Source: Elusimicrobiales bacterium (GTDB lineage Bacteria > Elusimicrobiota > Elusimicrobia > Elusimicrobiales > UBA9959). From it: a DNA stretch of 64,000 bases. The translations under genes and the position numbers were made by a program. The stretch's first letter is position 1. Each line of letters opens with the position of its first letter. The DNA lies in the NCBI GenBank assembly GCA_041665305.1, contig JBAYJD010000004.1:27383-91382 (forward strand), given 5' to 3'. Shown piece by piece: positions 1 through 10,210 of this stretch. The notes below the pieces were generated by a model, which was given only the letters and a program-made list of their open reading frames with translations, made no database searches and was not told where the DNA came from.

Positions 1-29
1 TTGTTTTAATCATTTCATATGTTTTCATA

Positions 30-1064
30 TTAATAGTTGAATTTTATATTCCGCAATTCTTTTTTTCTGGAATTAAACGAATCTTTATACAAATCCACTA
101 CCGGAGCCAGGATTTTTCTGGGAACAAGCAACGCACCCAGACTGAAAAGATAAAACAGCGGATTAAATAAGTTAGGGCGGTAGGCCTTTGCCATTATTCT
201 AATCTCCCTCGCCAGAACACCGGGTTCCGCATAATTTTTTAATTGGGCCAGGCCCAGGAAATGCGTAGCCATATGGCGCCGCCCCCACAAACGCTGCTCC
301 CTGAATTTGTCTCCCGCAAAAACCGTATCATACATCCGCAACCAGGAATCGGTCGGGGAAATGGAATAAATCGAGGAAACGGATCTCGTCTGACTGTCGC
401 GAATCCCGACCGCGACCGTAAAATCTTTGAGAAAAACGCATTTATGGCTTCGGAATATCCCAGCGAACGGGTAGATATGCGCCGGAAAACACTCTTCATT
501 AAACCGGACATCAAGGAACTCTCTCCGGTACGCAAGTCCCGTAAGCTGGCCGACAGAACCGAAAACGGCGCGAAAAACTTCCTCTCCGTCTTTTAGGGAT
601 AAAATGGAATCCTTTTGGGAATCGTGCGGAAATATCGCGCGGACGGGTTTGAGCATATCATCCATAAAACAATAAAAAGGCCGCGTTACGACACCGATAT
701 CGTCGTCCAGGAGAAAGGCATTATGAGTTTTAGATAAGGCGTCCTTGGCGAGGAAATCGTCCTGAGCCATAAGGAACAGGATATCACCGGAAGCCCTAGA
801 AACGATATCGCGCAAGTTAAGGGCATATCCCAGGTTCCTAGCATTTTGCGAATACTTAATGCGTTTATCGCCGAATGACGCGACAATATCGCGTGTCCGG
901 CTTAACTCTTCGGCGGCATCCGGAGGAGTATCATCTCCGATGATGATCTCATAAAAATCAAATCCCTGCCTATAAATGCTTTCCAGTGCGCCGCGCAGCA
1001 AATGTGACCCTTTATAAACCGGCATGCATATACTGAGAGAAAACTGTTTTTTTGCGTTACTCAT
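30..1064 (-). CDS. Glycosyltransferase family 2 (GT-A fold)
   Basis: 344-aa ORF. N-terminal GT2 signature LSICMPVYKGSHLL...IIIGDDTPPD and acidic motif LMAQDD. The ATG is preceded by AGGA. Confidence 0.8.
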   Translation of the reverse strand: MSNAKKQFSLSICMPVYKGSHLLRGALESIYRQGFDFYEIIIGDDTPPDAAEELSRTRDIVASFGDKRIKYSQNARNLGYALNLRDIVSRASGDILFLMAQDDFLAKDALSKTHNAFLLDDDIGVVTRPFYCFMDDMLKPVRAIFPHDSQKDSILSLKDGEEVFRAVFGSVGQLTGLAYRREFLDVRFNEECFPAHIYPFAGIFRSHKCVFLKDFTVAVGIRDSQTRSVSSIYSISPTDSWLRMYDTVFAGDKFREQRLWGRRHMATHFLGLAQLKNYAEPGVLAREIRIMAKAYRPNLFNPLFYLFSLGALLVPRKILAPVVDLYKDSFNSRKKELRNIKFNY

Positions 1065-1086
1065 CTTGAGTCCTATATCTCTATCT

Positions 1087-2244
1087 TCAATTTGCGCAGA
1101 GCATCTTCCTATGCTTTTCCGCGATCATTTCCCACGAATACCGGCCGACAAACTGCTTCCCGTCTGAAATATTTTTGAGAGAGCGCGCGGAGCCCCGCTC
1201 TTCCAGGATTTCGACAATCGCCGAAGCGAACTGCTTTAAATCATACCTTTTGACCGCAGTTATGTGCCCGCCAAACACCTCATTGTAGACCGGCAAATCC
1301 CATGCGACCACTCTTAACCCGCAGGCAAGGGCATCCGCGACCGCAATACCAAAACCCTCTTCATGACTTGGGAACAAAAAAACCTTTGCCCCGCGCATCA
1401 GAGCGCGCGCCCGCTGGTCCGGAACATATCCCAGAATAATTATATTATCTTCCAACCCGTTTTCACTAATTTCACGCCGCAATAAACCGATCGTGCCCGC
1501 ATCCCCCCACCCGACAATCCCTAATTTTGCCCCCGGCGCCTTATTTATAACATTCTTCCAGATTTCCACAAGCTCCCGAATTCCCTTGGTCGGGCTCATT
1601 CTTGCCAGAAAAAGCCCGTCATATCCTGGCTCGGAAGCTGTTTCCGCCTGATGCGAGGCAAGATCGATTCCCGGAGTGTTAATAACAATCTTTTCAGCGT
1701 CAAATCCTCTTGAAATCAACTCATCCCTGACCAGTGAATTAATATTTACTATGAGATCCGCACGCCGGATAAACCACAAAGACATCTTCTGCATGCTCTG
1801 GCCGATAAAGCTTCTGACACGACTGCCGGGCCTTGTCCGCCAATCGGGATATATATGAAAAACGCATTGAACCCACTTAACGCGCGGATGCGTAATCCGG
1901 TATAGGCATGCCGGAACCACATCCGGAAAAAAATCCGAACTCGAATATAAAACGTCCACCCCCGGCTTAAAACATATAACCGCTGCGTGAATTGTTCTGA
2001 ACAGATAAGCGCCATAAATCCCCAGTAAATCGTAGAATCTGGGCGAAACAAGAAACTCAATCCCCGGGATTTCTTTGCTTACCGCTTCCCGCCCGCTGTC
2101 ATTCGTGCAGCAATATACCTTCCGAAAAGAGCTGCGGATCCTTTTGAATATCTGGACCAGCATCTGATCGCCGCCGCTCATACCTTCACCGAAAATCCAG
2201 AAAGCGTTTACAAATATAAGAATATTTTTGTCAGGTTTTTTCAT
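1087..2244 (-). CDS. Glycosyltransferase family 4 (GT-B fold)
   Basis: C-terminal GT4 signature PSHEEGFGIAVADALACGLRVVAWD. The ORF track starts at a TTG (2298). I prefer the ATG at 2244 (MKKPDKNILIFV...), which removes a 26-nt overlap with the upstream gene. Confidence 0.7.
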   Translation of the reverse strand: MKKPDKNILIFVNAFWIFGEGMSGGDQMLVQIFKRIRSSFRKVYCCTNDSGREAVSKEIPGIEFLVSPRFYDLLGIYGAYLFRTIHAAVICFKPGVDVLYSSSDFFPDVVPACLYRITHPRVKWVQCVFHIYPDWRTRPGSRVRSFIGQSMQKMSLWFIRRADLIVNINSLVRDELISRGFDAEKIVINTPGIDLASHQAETASEPGYDGLFLARMSPTKGIRELVEIWKNVINKAPGAKLGIVGWGDAGTIGLLRREISENGLEDNIIILGYVPDQRARALMRGAKVFLFPSHEEGFGIAVADALACGLRVVAWDLPVYNEVFGGHITAVKRYDLKQFASAIVEILEERGSARSLKNISDGKQFVGRYSWEMIAEKHRKMLCAN

Positions 2245-2272
2245 ATCGTCCACAATATTCCGCTTGAATCTT

Positions 2273-3163
2273 TTAAGCGTCCAGAATAGCCCGCTCAAAA
2301 GCTATGGTCTTTTTCAAACCTGCGCTCAAAGATACCTGCGCTTTCCAGCCTAATTCTTTAATGCGTGATAAATCGGTTTCAGATTCCAACACCTCTCCCT
2401 TGCGATATGGGATAGCGCCGAAATTAAGCGTGGTATTATTATTTTTAATTAAACTCTTCACATGAGTCACGAAATCACGGATTTTAATGGATTTATCCGC
2501 ACCGATTTCATACGGACAATATCCGTTTTCCAGCAAAGCCGAAGATTTAATAACCCTTAAAAACGCGTCGACAACATCATCTATGTAAATAAATTCCCTT
2601 TTCTGGTCGCCGCTGGTCAGATTTAAACTCCTGCTGTTTTTCAGCAGTGCCCGGATAAGCCAAGTTACAAACTTTGACTCATCGTCGCCCGGACCATAGA
2701 AATGTTCCAAAGCAAGATTGACGCAAACCAAGCGGTCCGAATATACTTTCAACCACTCTTTAAATTGAGACTTTGACAACGAATAATGGCTGAGATTCAT
2801 CCCCAGGACCGTATCGGTATTAATGAAACAGTTCAACCCATTCTCAGCTCCGATCTGCAGAAGCTTAAGCGGGAGCACAAGATTAGTGTCAAGGATGGCC
2901 AGCGGCAATTGGCCCTTGCGCCCATAATTAGTCGCGCAATGGATGACGCAGTCTATCTTGTTTTGGGAGAAAAATTTCTCATAATTAGCATTCTCGGAAT
3001 AAAGCAAGGAGACCTTACCCAGCATATCGGAAATCTTGGAAAAATTTGAGGTATACCTGACCAGCAATACTACATGATATCCGACGGCTGTCAATTTACG
3101 GAGAAGGTTCGAGCCCAAAAAACCGGTCGCGCCAGTCAGGAGCAATTTAGGCTGTTCCCTCAT
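2273..3163 (-). CDS. NAD-dependent sugar epimerase/dehydratase/reductase (extended SDR)
   Basis: Rossmann motif LLLTGATGFLGSNLL and YxxxK (YSLSK). The start overlaps the upstream stop (ATGA). Confidence 0.75.
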   Translation of the reverse strand: MREQPKLLLTGATGFLGSNLLRKLTAVGYHVVLLVRYTSNFSKISDMLGKVSLLYSENANYEKFFSQNKIDCVIHCATNYGRKGQLPLAILDTNLVLPLKLLQIGAENGLNCFINTDTVLGMNLSHYSLSKSQFKEWLKVYSDRLVCVNLALEHFYGPGDDESKFVTWLIRALLKNSRSLNLTSGDQKREFIYIDDVVDAFLRVIKSSALLENGYCPYEIGADKSIKIRDFVTHVKSLIKNNNTTLNFGAIPYRKGEVLESETDLSRIKELGWKAQVSLSAGLKKTIAFERAILDA

Positions 3164-4179
3164 ACGCGGTGGGCCCTTTCCGGTAAACTTCCGTTACCGG
3201 GGAGAATAAAACTTAAAGCATATGTCCCGACCATCAGGAACAACGCGATTGGGTGTAAAAACCACGCCCCGTTTTTAGTCCTGGCAAAGCCAAGCAGGCT
3301 TCTGAATACGGGCTCCACAAATGTCGCGGCGCATACTATAGTCCACAAAAGTAAACCGCGATCGCGCACTGAACCCGCATCAAAAACTTTATACCTCCGC
3401 ATTTTGTTGAACTTGTCATGATGCATTTGTTTATAGCTTAACCTCTTTATGACACCCGCCCAGAGATTATGTTCCGCTATATGCAGAATGTCATTCTTTA
3501 CAATACCATAACAGGCGTCAGGATACTGCCGCAACAAGTCCACATGAATATCAATGTGAAAAAATTGCTCCGGACTTTTCAGTTTCAATAAATTCAAGAA
3601 ATCTCTTCTTACCAGAAAACCGTTACATCCGATTACCGGCAATTTTTTATAATCGAATCTAACCTTAAGATATCGCCCACGGTCTGCTACAAGTTCAGCT
3701 CCCCTGGGGAGAGAGTTCTTCATGTATGGGGCGCGGTCATTCTTGCCTAGATAATAAACCACCGGATCATTGCCGCCGATCATTGAGTAATACCTATTTG
3801 TCAGAGACATCATATTTTCAATACCATACCACTGCGTAAACGAAGCCATTATAGACGCATCATCAAATGGCCTCGTCATGTCCTTCAGCCAGTGTTGATT
3901 CGGCATAAGATTGTCCGAATCAAGATATAGCACGATTTCATTCCTGGACCGCAGCAGGCCGACATATCGCCGCGGCTCCTGATTATCGGGGAACCCGCCG
4001 TTAACAACCTCCGCTCCGTTAGCCGTCGCGATCTCCCGTGTTTTATCCGTAGAGCCTCCATCAACGACTAACACTTCGACTTTGGATAAGTCATAGTCTT
4101 GGACAGCGAGGCGGTTCAGACATAATGGCAGAGTCTTTTCCGCATTCTTGGCGACGATTATCACACTCATACTTTGCAT
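3160..4179 (-). CDS. Glycosyltransferase family 2
   Basis: VIIVAKNAEKTLPLCL...VLVVDGGSTDKT and YLDSDN (DxD). GGAGA lies upstream of the ATG. Confidence 0.75.
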   Translation of the reverse strand: MQSMSVIIVAKNAEKTLPLCLNRLAVQDYDLSKVEVLVVDGGSTDKTREIATANGAEVVNGGFPDNQEPRRYVGLLRSRNEIVLYLDSDNLMPNQHWLKDMTRPFDDASIMASFTQWYGIENMMSLTNRYYSMIGGNDPVVYYLGKNDRAPYMKNSLPRGAELVADRGRYLKVRFDYKKLPVIGCNGFLVRRDFLNLLKLKSPEQFFHIDIHVDLLRQYPDACYGIVKNDILHIAEHNLWAGVIKRLSYKQMHHDKFNKMRRYKVFDAGSVRDRGLLLWTIVCAATFVEPVFRSLLGFARTKNGAWFLHPIALFLMVGTYALSFILPGNGSLPERAHRV

Positions 4180-4335
4180 ATGTTCTCCGGCCCGGAGCCG
4201 GTTCCCCGCAGGATACAGCGTTTCGATACTCCTATACCGAGTCAGGTTCTTCTGATAAGGTCCGTTTTATGTGGTTTCTCCAGCGTTTTAAAATTGTTCA
4301 TGGCTGACCGGCAGCTCCTATTCCCATGGACGCCT

Positions 4336-5325
4336 TCAGTTATTATTAATCTTGGCCTTGGATACTCGTTCGATGTCGGAGTCAACCATCATTACAACCA
4401 ATTTCTCAAATTCAAGCTCAGGTCGCCAGCCAAGCATGTTATTAGCCAGTGCTGGATCACCTTTCAAAATTTCGGATTCCACCGGGCGAACAAACTCGGG
4501 GTCAACTTTCACATATTCTTCCCAATCGGCCACACCAATGTGTCTGAAGGCTATATTTATAAAATCACGCACGGAATGAGTTTCTCCGGTGGCTATAACA
4601 AAATCAGCAGGCTTTTTCTGCTGGAGCATAAGCCACATGGCTTTAACGAAATCGCCGGCGAAGCCCCAATCCCGCTGATTATCCAAATCCCCAAGCATTA
4701 TTTCGCGGGCAAGTCCGTATTTTATTTTAGCCACACCGTTTGAGATCTTGCGGGTAACAAAACTCATTCCCCTAATAGGGCTTTCGTGGTTAAATAGTAT
4801 AGCGCTGCTTGAAAAAAGGCCCTGACTTTTTCTGAAATTAACGGTCATCCAATGGGCATACACTTTGGCTGCGGCGTACGGAATGCCTGGATTAAAAGAT
4901 GTTGTTTCACTTTGCAGCCCCCCATCGTTATTACCGCCGAACATTTCGCGGGAAGAAGCCTGGCAAAACCTGGACCCTGGCGAAAACTGCTTTATAGCCT
5001 CAAGCAAATATAAAACCCCTAACGCATTAACCTTTGTGACAAGCTCCGGATCTTCCCATGGTTTACCGATAAACGATACCGCCGCCAAATTATACACCTC
5101 GTCCGGTTTCACAAGCCTGACCGCATTTGTGAGAGAGGCTTTATCCGTCATGTCACCGGTCACATACTCAAGTTCTTTTGTGATGCCCAGATAATCAGTA
5201 TTTTCAAAATCCGGCTTCGGCTCTTTTGTGACCAAACCATAGACTGCATACCCCTTCTCCAAAAGTAGCTTGGCGAGGTAGGCTCCGTCTTGTCCGGTCA
5301 CACCGGTGATAAAAGCTTTTCTCAT
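4336..5325 (-). CDS. gmd: GDP-mannose 4,6-dehydratase, short paralog
   Basis: ITGVTGQDGAYLAKLLLEKGY, YAAAKVY and NHESPIRG are GMD hallmarks. The catalytic block reads ASSREMFG rather than ASTSELFG. The gene is flanked by 156-nt and 64-nt spacers. Confidence 0.7.
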   Translation of the reverse strand: MRKAFITGVTGQDGAYLAKLLLEKGYAVYGLVTKEPKPDFENTDYLGITKELEYVTGDMTDKASLTNAVRLVKPDEVYNLAAVSFIGKPWEDPELVTKVNALGVLYLLEAIKQFSPGSRFCQASSREMFGGNNDGGLQSETTSFNPGIPYAAAKVYAHWMTVNFRKSQGLFSSSAILFNHESPIRGMSFVTRKISNGVAKIKYGLAREIMLGDLDNQRDWGFAGDFVKAMWLMLQQKKPADFVIATGETHSVRDFINIAFRHIGVADWEEYVKVDPEFVRPVESEILKGDPALANNMLGWRPELEFEKLVVMMVDSDIERVSKAKINNN

Positions 5326-5334
5326 ATTTTTAAT

Positions 5335-5343
5335 ATTTTAGCA
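5335..5343 (-). promoter_or_regulatory. Candidate extended -10 promoter (TGCTAAAAT) for the short gmd paralog
   Basis: The minus strand reads TGCTAAAAT, then 9 nt, then ATG. No Shine-Dalgarno lies between them, so the transcript would be leaderless or nearly so. The -35 is weak. Confidence 0.3.
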
Positions 5344-5389
5344 AGTATCCCGTAGGCAGGGAAAGGGCTATTCCGGCCGGGTTTAAAAT

Positions 5390-6388
5390 TCAACGAAGTT
5401 TGCTGACCAGGTTTTTTGTCAGGGCAAAACCTTGTATAAACCTGGCGCCATAAACCAGATGCGTTAAGAACATATAGAGCATCGAACATAATGAAACCGA
5501 CAATCGCTCATATTTAAGGAAATCCCTTAAGGCAAGCAAAAGTGCCGCACCGTACAAAATCCAACCGGCAAAAAATAAGTTTTCGGCGATCGACGGCATT
5601 AATGGCAGGAATACCGACAAAACAACAAACAATAGAAAGGCCGAAGGGATAAAATATTGCAATTTAAAAGAGGTTTCAGGGTATATCCTGGCAAAGTAGC
5701 CACGATGCAGGCCATAAGCGCCCAACTGTTTAAGGTGCGCCGCCAGCCCGGGACGTCTGTGGTGCCAAACTATAAGGTCCGGAGCATAAATTATTTTTCT
5801 GCCTGTTTTTACGATATCAAGGCAAAGTTTGGTGTCTTCGCCGGGCCAGTATGGGACACTAAATCCACCCACCGACATAAAATCAGCCCGTCGCATCATC
5901 AGATTAACCGAAGGCCAGTCGTCTACTTCGCGACTGGGGCCGAACGGAACATAGCGTTCAGGCGAGCCACCGGCAAAGCGGCTGAGGAATACCGCACCGG
6001 AAACCCTGGCCCAGAATGGGTCCTGCGCCGGGGTTATGGCCGGGCCTCCTATAGCCGCGATTTTGTCATTCGCAAAATATTTCAACGCCACATCCAACAG
6101 ATCCTTGCGCGGATAAGAATCATCATCCAGGAAAACAAGTATTTCCCCCTTCGCTTTTTCAGCACCCAGGTCCCGCTTAAGACCGGGACCTACTCTGCCG
6201 GATGGAATAACGCGGATCCGTTCATCCCGCCATTCCGTCACGGAGGATTCGTTCGGAATAATCAACAGTTCCCAGGCGGTTTGATTAAGCTTAAGAATAT
6301 ATGACACTGTTTCCAGCACATACACGTTGATCTCCTTCACAGGAATGATCAGCGTGAATTTAGGCATCTGCGGCATGTTAGGCGGCAT
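5390..6388 (-). CDS. Glycosyltransferase family 2 with C-terminal membrane segments
   Basis: FTLIIPVKE..., FLDDDSYP (DxD), and a hydrophobic C-terminal third. Confidence 0.7.
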   Translation of the reverse strand: MPPNMPQMPKFTLIIPVKEINVYVLETVSYILKLNQTAWELLIIPNESSVTEWRDERIRVIPSGRVGPGLKRDLGAEKAKGEILVFLDDDSYPRKDLLDVALKYFANDKIAAIGGPAITPAQDPFWARVSGAVFLSRFAGGSPERYVPFGPSREVDDWPSVNLMMRRADFMSVGGFSVPYWPGEDTKLCLDIVKTGRKIIYAPDLIVWHHRRPGLAAHLKQLGAYGLHRGYFARIYPETSFKLQYFIPSAFLLFVVLSVFLPLMPSIAENLFFAGWILYGAALLLALRDFLKYERLSVSLCSMLYMFLTHLVYGARFIQGFALTKNLVSKLR

Positions 6389-6451
6389 AACAATAAATCC
6401 TGCCTGAAACCGGAAAAGACATCTTAGGCATAGCGATAACCATTTGACCTC

Positions 6452-7915
6452 TTATCGTTTAAAATCTGTGAGGTGCCCCAGAAGTTTTTTTCCGGCCCGC
6501 AATAGGAACTTCACATCAGCCGGACTTCTTACGGATGCGATTTTGCGAAACATGTAGCCGGGCGTGGCGAAAGACTTGTATAGAGCGCGGGTCAGGTTTT
6601 TTGTGTCCTGTTCCGTGATCGGGGAGGCCATTACAGCTTCGCGCATGTCGTATCTGTCCCAATCTTCGGTAAGAAGCCAGCCATTTTCTTTACACTCCTT
6701 AAAAAGGGGAGTTCCGGGATATGGGATCACTATGGTCGCCTGGAGTGTATCCACGAACCCGCGCTTGAACAGATCTTTGGCGAATTCCACCGTCTTCGCG
6801 GCATCTTCCCTGTTTTCCCAGGGATAGCCCATCATAACAGTGATATGCGGAGAAAGCCCGGCCTTCTTAGCCATCCTGGCGCCTTCGGCTATCTGCTCAA
6901 CCTTAAGATTCTTGTCTATTCTGTCCAGCGTGCCCTGGTTGGCCGATTCCAGACCGAAAAGCACGAACCGGAAACCCGCTCCGGCCATAAGGTCATAGTC
7001 TTCCTGCCCAAGGGCGCCAAAGCGCATATTGCAGTCCATTCTGACCCGTTTGTTATAACCGCGGGCGATCATGCCTTCGCAGAATGATTTCAGCCATTGT
7101 CCGGCGGGGAAGGAGCCGCTGTCGTCCATTATTTCCTTCACACCGTAATTTTCAATAAGGTTTCCCACCTCGTCCAGCATTTTCTCCGGGGACCGGGAGC
7201 GGTATTTCTTGCCGGGGAAAAGCGTGGTCCAGGAACAAAAGGAACATTTTCCCCACCAGCAATCACGCGCGGCCATAGTGTAAGTGCCGGGAAGATATTT
7301 GTAATTGCCGTTCTTCTCGCTGTAGAGCCGCCATTTTGTAAGGTCGCGGTCTATCGCGGGAAGCGAGTCGAGATCGTTATTCAATTCGCAAGGCCCGCTG
7401 TTTACGATTTTTTCCTTCTCCCTATGCCAGACCCCGTGAGGAAGCGCCGGAACGCCGCCGGATAACCAGCCGCACAGACCGGCGAGCAGAAAATCATAAT
7501 CCCCGCCGGTCAACACATAGTCGACCGGGCAGTTAAGCATTGATTCTTCCGGCATGGCCGTAACATGATCGCCCATCAGGACTATTTTGGGTCGCCAATT
7601 CCCGGTTGCAAGGGACTTGACCTCTTTGATGATCGCCCAATGCCGCTTCACTACTGGAGTTTTGGTTTCAAACGCTATAACATCCGGCATTTCGCACTTA
7701 AGACGCTCTATCCAGGCGGCGTAAGAAAGCCCCTCCGCAATGGCGTCATCCCATACAACGGCGTGCCCTTTTTCTTTCAGCAGGGTGGCGGCATAAGCCG
7801 GAACCATGGGATAGATATAGGTGGGTTCGCTGAACCACTGGAACTGCCGATTCTGGCCCAGAAGCGGGATACCTTTTTCTGACTCAAGCGGCGGGTACGA
7901 GATGGAGATTTTCAT
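6452..7915 (-). CDS. B12-binding-domain radical SAM enzyme
   Basis: The N-terminal Rossmann-like part (IAFETKTP...IVLMGDHVT) is followed by the Cys cluster [14 protein letters not shown] and a radical-SAM-type barrel (FGLESANQ). The start overlaps the uxs stop (ATGA). Confidence 0.7.
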   Translation of the reverse strand: MKISISYPPLESEKGIPLLGQNRQFQWFSEPTYIYPMVPAYAATLLKEKGHAVVWDDAIAEGLSYAAWIERLKCEMPDVIAFETKTPVVKRHWAIIKEVKSLATGNWRPKIVLMGDHVTAMPEESMLNCPVDYVLTGGDYDFLLAGLCGWLSGGVPALPHGVWHREKEKIVNSGPCELNNDLDSLPAIDRDLTKWRLYSEKNGNYKYLPGTYTMAARDCWWGKCSFCSWTTLFPGKKYRSRSPEKMLDEVGNLIENYGVKEIMDDSGSFPAGQWLKSFCEGMIARGYNKRVRMDCNMRFGALGQEDYDLMAGAGFRFVLFGLESANQGTLDRIDKNLKVEQIAEGARMAKKAGLSPHITVMMGYPWENREDAAKTVEFAKDLFKRGFVDTLQATIVIPYPGTPLFKECKENGWLLTEDWDRYDMREAVMASPITEQDTKNLTRALYKSFATPGYMFRKIASVRSPADVKFLLRAGKKLLGHLTDFKR

Positions 7916-8868
7916 TTTTTCTCCGCAGCCAATGTTTCTTTGAAATATGAAACGGTCTTGACAAGGCCTTCGTTAAGCTTGATCCTGGGCTCCCAGCCCA
8001 GTTTCTCTTTCGCCAGCCGGATGTCCGGCTGCCTTTGCCTGGGGTCATCCTGCGGCAAGGGTTTATACACCAGTTTACTTTTGCTTTCGGGAATAAGTTT
8101 AAGGACTTTTTCCGCCAGTTCTTTTATGGTGAATTCGTCGGGGTTGCCTATATTCACAGGGCCGGTAAAGCCGGAGGTGTTGTTCATCATGGCCGTCATA
8201 CCGGCTATCAAGTCGTCCACATACTGAAAACTGCGCGTCTGGGAACCGTCGCCGTATATAGTAATATCCTTGTTCTGAAGAGCCTGCACGATAAAGTTGG
8301 ACACTACCCGTCCATCGTTGGGGTGCATGTTCGGGCCATAGGTGTTGAAGATCCTTATCACCCTTATCTGCAGCTTGTGCTGGCGATAATAATCGAAGAA
8401 CAGCGTTTCAGCGCAGCGTTTCCCCTCATCGTAACAAGCCCGCGGGCCTATGGTGTTTACCCGACCCCAGTAGGATTCCGTCTGGGGATGGATATCCGGG
8501 TCGCCATAGACTTCGCTGGTAGAGGCCTGGAGGATACGGGCTTTGGTGCGCCTGGCCAGACCCAACATGTTGATGGCGCCGTTGACCGAGGTTTTGGTGG
8601 TATGCACCGGATTGAACTGGTAATGGACAGGGGAAGCCGGACAAGCCAGGTTATAGATCTGGTCCACCTCTACGCAAAGCGGGGAAGTAATATCGTGCCG
8701 CAGGAATTCGAATCTTTTGTTGTCCATAAGGTCGGAAATGTTATCTTTATTTCCGGTAAATAAACTGTCGGCGCACAGGACATCATGACCTTCGGATAGA
8801 AGCTTACGGCACAAATGAGAGCCGATAAAGCCCGCTCCGCCCGTAACAAGTATTTTTAGTCTGCTCAT
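7912..8868 (-). CDS. uxs: UDP-glucuronate decarboxylase (UDP-xylose synthase)
   Basis: [44 protein letters not shown]. The true start is taken at ATG 8868, preceded by AAAGGAGAA. The longer ORF to 8946 would overlap the upstream flippase. Confidence 0.8.
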   Translation of the reverse strand: MSRLKILVTGGAGFIGSHLCRKLLSEGHDVLCADSLFTGNKDNISDLMDNKRFEFLRHDITSPLCVEVDQIYNLACPASPVHYQFNPVHTTKTSVNGAINMLGLARRTKARILQASTSEVYGDPDIHPQTESYWGRVNTIGPRACYDEGKRCAETLFFDYYRQHKLQIRVIRIFNTYGPNMHPNDGRVVSNFIVQALQNKDITIYGDGSQTRSFQYVDDLIAGMTAMMNNTSGFTGPVNIGNPDEFTIKELAEKVLKLIPESKSKLVYKPLPQDDPRQRQPDIRLAKEKLGWEPRIKLNEGLVKTVSYFKETLAAEKK

Positions 8869-8900
8869 GATTTCTCCTTTACAGTGTGAACACCTAAATC

Positions 8901-10196
8901 TTATGCCCCTGCCCTTGCCCGCACGGCGCGGGCAGGCAATGCCCACTGCGCCGCTATGCCCGCCAGCAAAGCCAGAGTCCCGCCAGCCGACATAGCCTTG
9001 ACAATATCCAGAGGGACCCCGTGATACAAATACATGGCCGCTATTTCAAGCGCCGCGCCCGCCGCCATGATGTATGCGAAAAGCGTTTTTTCTTTGGCGA
9101 CCAGATAATTCATAAGGACCATAAGGAACGCCATGGGCAGCATAGCCAGGCCGAAATACTTCAACAAAGGCGCGGCTTCTATGTACCGGGCTCCGAAAAA
9201 AGAATGTATGATCCATTCCGGCAGGAAATAAAAAAGAAGCGCGCCGGTGCCGGAACAACCCAGGGTGGCAAGCATCGCTCTTAAAAGCAGGTGGCCGCTG
9301 GACTTATTAAGGGCATTGTTCTCACTGACCATCGGGAACATAGCCAGGACTATGGATCCGGGTATATACATCACCGCCCGGCCCAGGATCGCGGCTGAAG
9401 CGTACACTCCCGCCTGATGAGCCGGGAAATATCTGTTTACAAGCACCATGTCGGCCTGGGTCATAACGGTAAAAGCTAGATTTGCCAGAAAAACGGGCAT
9501 GATCTGCCCAAACGGCAGATGCCCAGCCCTGTGAGGGGCGCCGCCCATCAAAAGATACTTTTTAAGCGGGAAATAAGTCAGTGCCCACATAAAAACGGCC
9601 GTCACAACCAAACCACCCGCCGCCCCGTTCACGCCAAAGCCGGCCAGGACCAGCGCCGCGCAAAAAAACAATCTGACCGGGCCGCCAAACCCCATGCTTA
9701 TCCCCAGCCATTTATAATCCTGCAGGCCCTGCAGTAAGGCTGTGTTGATAGGCCCGGCCAGCGAGGCAAAAGCCGCCAAACCGATAAATATCACCGGCAG
9801 GGCGGAAGGAGCATGAAGATAGGCGCTGATATAAGCGGAGCACAACATAAAAAGCACAAGTCCTAAACCGCCCGCAGACAAGACAGTTCTATTCACCTGG
9901 GAAAAAAGGCCGTGTATGCCATTGTAATCGCTTCTGGCTTTGTACTCGGCCGTTTTTCTTGAAACCACCATCAACAAAGTCGCTATGGGTATACCCAGCA
10001 CCGCCATCAGGGCAAGAAGAGCGTTCAGGAATCCGTACTGGCCGGGTCCCAGCAGCCTGCCCATAATTACCTGGAAAAGATAGTTGAAAACACTGGAAAT
10101 CATAAAGGCGGTGAACATAAGTCCGCTGGACCTGATAAGGGTGTCCGAAAGTAAAGCGCGGGTTTTTTTAAGCATCGGATAAATATAGACCGCCAC
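8901..10196 (-). CDS. MOP-superfamily polysaccharide flippase (Wzx/MurJ-like)
   Basis: Polytopic hydrophobic 431-aa protein with a flippase-like N-terminus ([32 protein letters not shown]). GTG start preceded by GGAAGAGG. Confidence 0.6.
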   Translation of the reverse strand: MAVYIYPMLKKTRALLSDTLIRSSGLMFTAFMISSVFNYLFQVIMGRLLGPGQYGFLNALLALMAVLGIPIATLLMVVSRKTAEYKARSDYNGIHGLFSQVNRTVLSAGGLGLVLFMLCSAYISAYLHAPSALPVIFIGLAAFASLAGPINTALLQGLQDYKWLGISMGFGGPVRLFFCAALVLAGFGVNGAAGGLVVTAVFMWALTYFPLKKYLLMGGAPHRAGHLPFGQIMPVFLANLAFTVMTQADMVLVNRYFPAHQAGVYASAAILGRAVMYIPGSIVLAMFPMVSENNALNKSSGHLLLRAMLATLGCSGTGALLFYFLPEWIIHSFFGARYIEAAPLLKYFGLAMLPMAFLMVLMNYLVAKEKTLFAYIMAAGAALEIAAMYLYHGVPLDIVKAMSAGGTLALLAGIAAQWALPARAVRARAGA

Positions 10197-10210
10197 TGCC
10201 TCTTCCCAGG

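Noticed and set aside
8869-8946. 26-codon N-terminal extension of uxs ([26 protein letters not shown]) that resembles a zinc-knuckle.
   Set aside because: It overlaps the 3' end of the upstream flippase gene. The internal ATG at 8868 has a strong AAAGGAGAA RBS and gives the canonical UXS N-terminus.
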